Assembly (NCBI RefSeq): GCF_000017845.1
Contig: NC_010546.1
Location: 3,510,001 to 3,542,000, forward strand
Reading direction: 5' to 3'
Length of the DNA: 32,000 bases
DNA from: Crocosphaera subtropica ATCC 51142
GTDB lineage: Bacteria > Cyanobacteriota > Cyanobacteriia > Cyanobacteriales > Microcystaceae
Below are positions 25,775 through 32,000 of the stretch, piece by piece. How positions within the stretch are numbered: the first letter of the stretch is position 1; each line of letters opens with the position of its first letter. The translations under genes were made by a program, and so were the position numbers. Under the pieces are notes generated by a model. It was not told where the DNA came from. It saw nothing but the letters and a program-made list of their open reading frames with translations, and searched no databases.

Positions 25775-26040
25775 ATGGTTGATCACGGTCGCTTATTTAA
25801 AGAACTCCTTTCAACCTTTTTTATTGAATTTATTGATCTATTTTTTCCTCAAGTGATAACCTATGTTGATAAAAATTCTATCAACGTTTTGGATAAAGAA
25901 ATTTTTACGGATGTTACATAAGGAGAAAAATATGAAACTGATTTAATTGCTCAAGTTAAGTTTAAAAAATAGAAGCATTAAAAGAAGCTATTTTTGATTT
26001 TTCCAATGTAGAAGATTTAAGAAGTTGGTTAAATCAATAA
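25775..26040 (+). pseudogene. Relic of an Rpn-family recombination-promoting nuclease / putative transposase (DUF4351-type C-terminus)
   Basis: Hand translation gives MVDHGRLFKELLSTFFIEFIDLFFPQVITYVDKNSINVLDKEIFTDVT*GEKYETDLIAQVKFKK*. In another frame it gives EALKEAIFDFSNVEDLRSWLNQ*. Both ends resemble the cyanobacterial Rpn-like family (from memory); the middle ~250 codons are missing. Confidence 0.55.
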
Positions 26041-26064
26041 TTATACTTTCCCGAATCAATACTC

Positions 26065-27156
26065 TTAACTTACAACAGCAATGGTTGTTGGCATAGGAGG
26101 TTGCACTTGATCATCTAACCGTGCGCGATAAAGGTCTGAGAGACATCGCTCAAGGCGAGCTAGATTATCTTCAATGTCAGCCAAGATAGCCGCAGTTTGA
26201 GGATCGGTAAGCTGATTACAAAGATGATAAGTGTCAACCACCCCTGTTTGTAAATCCCCTAGAGCGCGGCGAAGGATTTCTGTTTCATGACTTGACTGGA
26301 TTAAACTTTGTAAACTGGCATAAACTTCACTACCAATGGCTTGCCAGGAAACTTTTTCATTAAAGTCACCTAGGCGAGATTCTAGTCGTTGAATGTGGTT
26401 TTGTTTAGTGGTGCAAACTTCGTTAAAGAGGGTTTTGAGTTGGGGATCAGAAGCTCGCTGTGTATATTCTTCAAAAGCTCGGATGGTGTAATGCTCACCC
26501 ATGATGGCAGTATTAAGAGCATTAATAATATCACTCCGTTTTGATCCGCCCCAAGCTTCTCCAAGTTTCCACCATTCATAATTAGACTCGGTGGATTCGG
26601 GTAATGTCGTTCCTTCTAAGCTTAAACCCAGTTGGGTCAAAATGATGGTGGTAAACATCGGTAAATCCCCAGGACGACGAGCAGTGATTAGGTTTTCTTG
26701 CACAATTACCGGTTCATCGATATAAATTGCACCTGCATTTTGCATATCCTTGCGAATAGCCTGAAACCCTGTAGCTCTCTTGCCTCGCAATTGGTCAGCT
26801 TCAATCAAGACTTGGGGACCATGACAGATAGCAGCAATCAATTTGTTCTGAGCCATGCCATTCATAACTAAGCGTACGGCGTTGGGATTGGCCCGAATTG
26901 CGTCAGGGGCTGCCCCCCCAGGAATGATAATGACATCAAAATCCTCAGAACGAACTTCAGTAGCTGTAGCATCAGGTTTAATAGAAACTTTACCTCGCTT
27001 ACCCTTATATGTGTCATTCATCCGTGAACCCAAGACCACAACCTCAGCGTTTGCCTGTTTTAATGCAGTGTAAGGAATCTGAAATTCTGAATCTTCAAAA
27101 TGATTTTCAATAAGAATTGCAACTCGTACTTGCTTGTATTCATGAGTCAATGTCAT
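26065..27156 (-). CDS. DJ-1/PfpI-family domain fused to a ferritin-like four-helix-bundle (DUF2383/PA2169-like) domain
   Basis: 363 aa. N-terminal 'VAILIENHFEDSEF', 'DVIIIPGG' and 'IAAICHGPQVL' (nucleophile elbow Cys-His). The C-terminal ~160 aa is helical with 'ALNTAIMGEHYTIRAFEEY' and 'KQNHIQRLESRL'. Confidence 0.75.
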   Translation of the reverse strand: MTLTHEYKQVRVAILIENHFEDSEFQIPYTALKQANAEVVVLGSRMNDTYKGKRGKVSIKPDATATEVRSEDFDVIIIPGGAAPDAIRANPNAVRLVMNGMAQNKLIAAICHGPQVLIEADQLRGKRATGFQAIRKDMQNAGAIYIDEPVIVQENLITARRPGDLPMFTTIILTQLGLSLEGTTLPESTESNYEWWKLGEAWGGSKRSDIINALNTAIMGEHYTIRAFEEYTQRASDPQLKTLFNEVCTTKQNHIQRLESRLGDFNEKVSWQAIGSEVYASLQSLIQSSHETEILRRALGDLQTGVVDTYHLCNQLTDPQTAAILADIEDNLARLERCLSDLYRARLDDQVQPPMPTTIAVVS

Positions 27157-27323
27157 CTGACTTATCTCCTGCTGCGCGATTATTTATAATGTGCTGAGTC
27201 AATGCTGTACTTTGTTCAAAAGGTCTGACGGTTCTATTTAAGGGGAACTCCACGTTTCAAGCTTAGTCAATTCAAACAGTTGTTGCCTATATCTTAGGAT
27301 TGATTTTTTGTCTAGATAGTTGG

Positions 27324-28949
27324 CTACACTTCAGGGGAGTTGTTCAAAAATACAAGAATCCCTTGAATGACGAGAATTTTAATTAAGGTACTGGTGGGAA
27401 AAATAAGCGCATAACCTAATTCTGGCTTGTTAGTAGGTACAACATTGGAAGCATAAGCCAGAATCGCTGGATTCCCCGTGACTCCTGCTATAATTCCTAA
27501 TACTTCATCAAAAGAAAGATGAAACAACCCATAACCTAAGATTAAAGAAGCGATCGCCACAGATAGGGTAATTGCCATCCCCATACCGATTAACAAAAAT
27601 CCTGTGGTTTGTACCGTTGACACAAATTGTTCAGCAGAGCGCATTCCAACAACGGCTAAAAACAGCGTCAAGCCCAAATTGCGTAAGGTAAGATTCGCTG
27701 AAGGAGGCATTGTCCAACGCAGATTACCAGAACGCCCTATTTTACCCAAAATTAATGAAACAATCATTGCACCTCCCCCTGCCCCAAAGGTGAATGTTCC
27801 CAACCCCGGCAAGGAAAAGGGAATTAAGCCAAATAACACACCAAGGGTTAAGCCAATTCCTAAACTAAGATAACTGACTTCTGCGGTACTGCGAGCCGAA
27901 TTGCCAAAAAAGTCCTGTACCTTCTCAAATTGTCCCGATTCTGTCACCACCCGAATTCGATCTCCGGCTTCAAGAATCAGGCCAGGGTGCGGATAAAGTT
28001 GGGCATCTCCCCGTTGAATCGATAATACAGTGCAACCAAGGGTGTCTCCTAGATTTAATTCTCCTAATTTTCGCCCAATTACTGACGGTTTAGACACATA
28101 AACATCTATATCATCCAAATCCTGATGATCTGCTACTATACTTTTCCCATCTTCTGCCCTATGTGCTAGAGGTTTTTCCTTTGATAACAGATGATGAACT
28201 TCCTCACGAGATAATCCTTCGCCAATGACCAGTAAACTATCCCCTGCTTGGAGTTGTAAATTATTCTTTGGCATTCGGTTTTGTCCCTCTTGTCGAACAG
28301 CGACAATTTGCAGGTCAGGAGGCATTTGAGTTTTGAATGCACCGAGTGATTTTCCTACCATCTGCGAACTAACCGCTACTTCATACTCTTGGATGGTTTC
28401 GGAACGATGAGGCTGAATTTGCGGTTTTAAAAGCGATGAAGCTAAATAGATAAACAATATTGGACCAAATACCCCAAAAGGATAAGCCACACTATACCCC
28501 ACCGAGGGCAAGTCTCCCCCCACTTTTTCAATGACCGATTGTAAGGCAGCGGTGTTGACTAACGCTCCTGTAAAAACCCCTGCCCCAATATTGGCAGAAA
28601 TCTGCAATTGATTTACCAGAACCAATGTGACTAACCCTGCCATGATTAAACTCATTACTGCAATGAAATTCTGTTTCCGTCCAGTTGGACTGACTAAGCC
28701 TTTAAAAAAAGGTTTACCATACTGAATACCGATACCATAAAAGAAGATAATTAGCCCTATGGTACTGAGAATGGCAGGAGGGGCTGATTGAGGAATAATT
28801 GCACCAATAAACAAACCCACAAATAAGACTGCTCCTGCACCAAGACTAAAACCAGCTAGGGATATTTCACCAACTGCATAACCCAACCCGATCACTAAAA
28901 ACAAGGTTAAAATAGGTTCTTCGGCTAAAAATGAGCGTATCCACTCCAT
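27324..28949 (-). CDS. AAE-family (aspartate:alanine exchanger / YidE-YbjL-like) transporter with two central RCK_C/TrkA_C domains
   Basis: 541 aa. Two ~170-aa hydrophobic halves flank two soluble repeats ('LQAGDSLLVIGE', 'LEAGDRIRVVTE'), as in the TC 2.A.81 architecture. Confidence 0.75.
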   Translation of the reverse strand: MEWIRSFLAEEPILTLFLVIGLGYAVGEISLAGFSLGAGAVLFVGLFIGAIIPQSAPPAILSTIGLIIFFYGIGIQYGKPFFKGLVSPTGRKQNFIAVMSLIMAGLVTLVLVNQLQISANIGAGVFTGALVNTAALQSVIEKVGGDLPSVGYSVAYPFGVFGPILFIYLASSLLKPQIQPHRSETIQEYEVAVSSQMVGKSLGAFKTQMPPDLQIVAVRQEGQNRMPKNNLQLQAGDSLLVIGEGLSREEVHHLLSKEKPLAHRAEDGKSIVADHQDLDDIDVYVSKPSVIGRKLGELNLGDTLGCTVLSIQRGDAQLYPHPGLILEAGDRIRVVTESGQFEKVQDFFGNSARSTAEVSYLSLGIGLTLGVLFGLIPFSLPGLGTFTFGAGGGAMIVSLILGKIGRSGNLRWTMPPSANLTLRNLGLTLFLAVVGMRSAEQFVSTVQTTGFLLIGMGMAITLSVAIASLILGYGLFHLSFDEVLGIIAGVTGNPAILAYASNVVPTNKPELGYALIFPTSTLIKILVIQGILVFLNNSPEV

Positions 28950-29418
28950 GTTAGTCTCCTATTAAACATTTCTGCAAAGCCTCTGATTTTAAAGTATCGA
29001 GCGGGAATTTCTGTCCCGTTTTAGGGAGCAGGAATAAAAGCAAGGGGGTCAACTTTTAAGAGAGACTTTCTGAGCTTATGTCTATGCTACCAATGTTCTT
29101 CATAAATTCTTTAAAGTATATGTTCTTATATTTCCACTAAATTAATTAAACACAAATTTACGATTGTTGGGTTTGTTTATTAACCCAACTTATGAGCAAG
29201 AGCGATTATTTAAACAACAATATTTGTGATTACACTTTATGATGTCATTGGAGTTTTTTTCTTATTATTCTTGGGTTAAATGTGTAATTTTCCACAATTC
29301 TAGTTTTCCTTCTGGTTTTGCTTCAATCAACATTTGTCCTGAATCATATTGCGATGGAATCGGAAAAAAGGCAACTTTAATCATTGCTTTTAAATCAATA
29401 ATACAAGAAAATATTTCG

Positions 29419-29462
29419 TCAGTATTTGATCTAATCTGATTCAGTATTTGATCTAATCTGAT
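29419..29462. repeat. Perfect 22-bp tandem duplication
   Basis: tcagtatttgatctaatctgat occurs at 29419-29440 and again, identically, at 29441-29462. Confidence 0.95.
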
Positions 29463-29538
29463 AAAGATGAATAACCAAGTGCAAACCTGACATTATAATA
29501 ATTATAAATTATGGCAATAAACCGACCAGGAGAGATCA

Positions 29539-30288
29539 GTGGAAGATTATCAACTTTTGATAGACCTTCATAAAAATGCCAATCGGCAAGGTCCAGGGGG
29601 TGATGCTGAAACGGAAATGGCTCTCGACCTGTCTATGGTAGATCGGTCTGCGCCATTAAAGATTGCCGATATAGGCTGTGGCACAGGGGCTTCCACACTG
29701 TTGCTTGCCCAACTATTGAATGCTCAGATTACAGCAGTGGACTTCCTTAAGGAGTTTCTAGAAGTGCTTGAAAGTAAAGCCGAAAATATGGGGCTTTCTG
29801 AAAAAATAGCAACCCTTTCCTGTTCAATGGATAACCTGCCCTTTGGAGATGAGGAATTTGATATCCTCTGGTCTGAGGGGGCGATATATAATATTGGCTT
29901 TGAAAGAGGGGTAAAAGACTGGAAACGTTATCTAAAAATGGGCGGACTACTGGTTGTTTCGGAGATTACCTGGATTACACGCTCCCGCCCATCGGAACTT
30001 CAAAAATATTGGGATAACGAATACCCCGAAATAGATATGGCATCCTCCAAGATTAGTCTACTGGAGAAAAACGGCTATTCCCCTATTGGCTACTTTATTT
30101 TACCAGAGGATTGTTGGCTGGCTAATTATTATCAGCCGATGCAAAATAGTTTTAAGGATTTCCTATACCGAAACGGCAATAGCGAAGAAGCACAAGCAAT
30201 AGTAGAAGCGCAGAACAAAGAAATCGAACTCTATGAAAAGTATAAATCATACTACAGTTATGGTGTATATGTCGCAAGAAAGTTATAG
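29539..30288 (+). CDS. Class I SAM-dependent methyltransferase
   Basis: 249 aa, GTG start. Motif I 'IADIGCGTGASTLLLA', motif II 'FDILWSEGAIY', and 'GGLLVVSE'. Its base composition is atypical for the window. Confidence 0.85.
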   Translation: MEDYQLLIDLHKNANRQGPGGDAETEMALDLSMVDRSAPLKIADIGCGTGASTLLLAQLLNAQITAVDFLKEFLEVLESKAENMGLSEKIATLSCSMDNLPFGDEEFDILWSEGAIYNIGFERGVKDWKRYLKMGGLLVVSEITWITRSRPSELQKYWDNEYPEIDMASSKISLLEKNGYSPIGYFILPEDCWLANYYQPMQNSFKDFLYRNGNSEEAQAIVEAQNKEIELYEKYKSYYSYGVYVARKL

Positions 30289-30333
30289 CAAGTTCCATAC
30301 TTGTGAAGTACAAAAGTTATTCCTTTAACTCAT

Positions 30334-30474
30334 ATCTTGCACCTTCGATTAAATTAGCTAGTTTGTAAGGGTTCAGCTATCAGCCATTAGCTATATTCTT
30401 ATATCGAATAGAAATAAGAATGCTACAAATTATCTCTCTGCCCACTCCCTGCTCCCTTGCCATCTTTTGTAGCA
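30334..30474. repeat. Composite intergenic (MITE-like) repeat, copy B (inverted relative to copy A)
   Basis: The core at 30334-30391 is the reverse complement of 13159-13216 (52/58). The C-rich module at 30435-30461 is enclosed by the 9-bp inverted repeat tgctacaaa (30421-30429) / tttgtagca (30466-30474). Confidence 0.55.
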
Positions 30475-30500
30475 AACATAAAGCAATTTCATATTAATTA

Positions 30501-32000
30501 TTACTTGGCTGGTGGAATACCTTTTAAAGAAATCAAGGCATCCATGACTAATTTTGCCACAGGGGCCGCTACAGTTGAGCCATAAGTGTTACCCCCTTTC
30601 GGTTCATCTACCACTACCAAAACCACATATTTAGGGGATTCTACAGGTAAAATAGAGACGAAACTGGTAATCTTCGCATTAGGTAAATAACCGCCCCTCG
30701 GCCCTGCTTTTTGAGCGGTTCCAGTTTTTCCTCCAATGCGATACCCTTCTGTTTTAGCCGGCTCTCCTGAGCCCTTATCAACCACAGTTTCCATCAATTC
30801 CACCACCGTTTGACTAACTTCTGAAGAAATAATTGGTTTGTTAGGATAGTCAGGTTGCCAGTGTAGGGTTCCTTCCACATCCACTAACCCTTTTACCAGA
30901 TGAGGGGTGACTAATTTCCCCCCATTGGCTAAAGCCCCGTGTAACTGGACTAATTTCATCGGGGTTAAGGAAAACCCTTGACCAAAAGAAGCGGTAGCTA
31001 CTTCAATAGACCGTTCTGTAAACACTTGTTTATTTTTCAGTCTTCCAGCCACTTCTCCAGGTAAATCAATGCCTGTTTTTTGGTTAATTTCTAACTGTTG
31101 TAAACGCTGATAATAATCCTCTTTTTTCAACCGTCGCATCATGTGAACCATGGCCACATTACTCGAAGTTTGCAGGATTTCAGCAATATTGATGGAGCCA
31201 TTACCCATCTTAGAGGCATTTTTAATGGGCCAACCATCCACGGTTACCAGTCCGGAATCATGGATTACGGTGTTAGGTTGAATAACCCCAGCTTCAAGGG
31301 CCAAGGCGACATTAATCGGTTTAAAGGTAGAACCGGGTTCGTATAAATCGCTAACGGTCCAATTTTTTAATAATTCGATGCTAGACTCGTAAAATTCATT
31401 GGGATCAAAGGTGGGTTCGCACACTAGAGATACAATAGAGCCATCGGTTGCGTCCATGACGATCACCGCTCCGCGTTTGGCGTTGAACTTTTTCACCTGT
31501 TGTTGTAAAGCAGCACGGGCAGCCCGTTGTAGACGCATATCCACCGTTAATTGAACCCGCCAATCATTGGACTTAAGTAAATCTTGGGGTAAGGAATTGG
31601 GAAGGATCGCACCGAGGGCAGTTCTTTGGACGTATAAGCTTTCTAGATCCCGTTGTAAGAGTTTTTCTTGACTTAATTCTACGCCGGCTTGGCCTTGTCG
31701 TTCATGGTCTACAAATCCCACTACATCAGCCATCATTTTTTCTTGGGGATAAAAACGGCGATAGGTTTCATTCACTTCTACCCCATCTAACCCTAGTCCT
31801 TCAATTTCTTTGGCTACTCCTTCGGTTAATCTTCGGGCGACGGGAATTCCTGTTTTCCGTTGTTTAAACCGTTCCATCAATTCTTGGGGCGTTCTATTTT
31901 CCAAAACACTACTCAGTTTGGCCGCCACCTCTGCCTGGGGTAGTTTAAATTGAATGGGATGGACATATAAAATATATTCAAGGCGATCAGTGGCTAGAAT
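30501..32000 (-). CDS. Class B penicillin-binding protein (peptidoglycan D,D-transpeptidase, PBP2/FtsI type), 5' end outside window
   Basis: Transpeptidase motifs 'GSTFKP' (SxxK), 'SSN' and 'GKTGTA' (KTG). The frame stays open from the listed GTG at 31928 to position 32000 (hand-translated ...ILATDRLEYILYVHPIQFKLPQAEV...), so the gene is truncated by the window. Confidence 0.9.
   Translation of the reverse strand: MLATDRLEYILYVHPIQFKLPQAEVAAKLSSVLENRTPQELMERFKQRKTGIPVARRLTEGVAKEIEGLGLDGVEVNETYRRFYPQEKMMADVVGFVDHERQGQAGVELSQEKLLQRDLESLYVQRTALGAILPNSLPQDLLKSNDWRVQLTVDMRLQRAARAALQQQVKKFNAKRGAVIVMDATDGSIVSLVCEPTFDPNEFYESSIELLKNWTVSDLYEPGSTFKPINVALALEAGVIQPNTVIHDSGLVTVDGWPIKNASKMGNGSINIAEILQTSSNVAMVHMMRRLKKEDYYQRLQQLEINQKTGIDLPGEVAGRLKNKQVFTERSIEVATASFGQGFSLTPMKLVQLHGALANGGKLVTPHLVKGLVDVEGTLHWQPDYPNKPIISSEVSQTVVELMETVVDKGSGEPAKTEGYRIGGKTGTAQKAGPRGGYLPNAKITSFVSILPVESPKYVVLVVVDEPKGGNTYGSTVAAPVAKLVMDALISLKGIPPAK

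Noticed and set aside
26382-27073. ORFs 26382..26579 (minus, alternative frame) and 26855..27073 (plus) inside the PfpI-fusion gene
   Set aside because: Embedded in a CDS with clear domain motifs, with no independent evidence.
27604-27873. 89-aa plus-strand ORF inside the AAE transporter gene
   Set aside because: Antisense to a polytopic membrane protein gene. Its Pro/Lys-rich translation is typical of the reverse complement of hydrophobic codons.
29239-29439. 66-aa plus-strand ORF in the AT-rich gap. A 39-codon minus-strand ORF (29265..29384, MIKVAFFPIPSQYDSGQMLIEAKPEGKLELWKITHLTQE) lies antisense to it.
   Set aside because: The two exclude each other, and neither has a recognisable motif or a convincing ribosome-binding site. 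The region is extremely AT-rich, where random ORFs of this size are unremarkable. At most, the minus-strand one could be a gene remnant.
13012-30474. The idea that the inverted repeat pair defines a composite transposon or genomic island
   Set aside because: There is no transposase or integrase between or beside the repeats; only a dead Rpn relic lies in the interior. I could see no target-site duplication. The interior contains core cyanobacterial genes (site-2 protease, ycf46, CruA-like). It is kept only as a possible inversion substrate.
31143-31346. 67-aa plus-strand ORF inside the PBP gene
   Set aside because: Antisense shadow ORF.
1-32000. Scan for tRNA, rRNA, tmRNA, RNase P or SRP motifs and for CRISPR-like regularly spaced repeats
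   Set aside because: I saw no T-loop/acceptor-type motifs in the intergenic regions. A 'ggttcg' at about 31335 lies inside the PBP gene. I saw no GAGGAAAGTCC-type RNase P motif and no array of spaced direct repeats. This was only an eye scan, so small RNAs cannot be excluded.

Overview
This is a cyanobacterial chromosomal segment. GCGATCGC (HIP1) occurs at least 10 times in 32 kb, and the gene set is cyanobacteria-typical: ycf46-like AAA ATPase, cydAB, ABC1 kinase, CruA-like flavoprotein. The sequence is AT-rich, probably a unicellular Cyanothece/Crocosphaera-like lineage, but that placement is a guess.

Most of the window is housekeeping:
- Ferritin-like and Nudix-like genes
- cydAB and an ABC1 kinase
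- A lone LivG/NatA-type ABC ATPase beside an orphan sugar-type binding lipoprotein
- Pyruvate kinase
- UDP-xylose synthase and UDP-glucose dehydrogenase
- Site-2 protease, a Ycf46-like ATPase and a histidine phosphatase
- An AAE-family transporter
- A class B PBP, truncated at the right edge

Several small accessory-looking islets interrupt this backbone:
1. 12.9-15.1 kb: a composite intergenic repeat, a small ORF and a divergent, very AT-rich FabD-like acyltransferase.
2. 21.05-22.8 kb: a methyltransferase-like gene, a 2H phosphoesterase and an unlisted HicB-like ORF.
3. 25.78-26.04 kb: a relic of an Rpn-family nuclease/transposase.
4. 28.95-30.5 kb: an AT-rich gap with a perfect 22-bp tandem duplication, a GC-rich methyltransferase and a second, inverted copy of the composite repeat.

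The best candidate for an undescribed system is the tight minus-strand operon at 17.5-19.7 kb. It encodes a conserved membrane protein, a STAS (anti-sigma antagonist) domain fused to a phosphoglycosyl transferase, and an overlapping RsbW-type serine kinase. This looks like a partner-switching module whose output would be glycan initiation rather than a sigma factor.

I found no rRNA, tRNA, CRISPR array or intact transposase. All family assignments come from motif recognition by eye. No database search was run.
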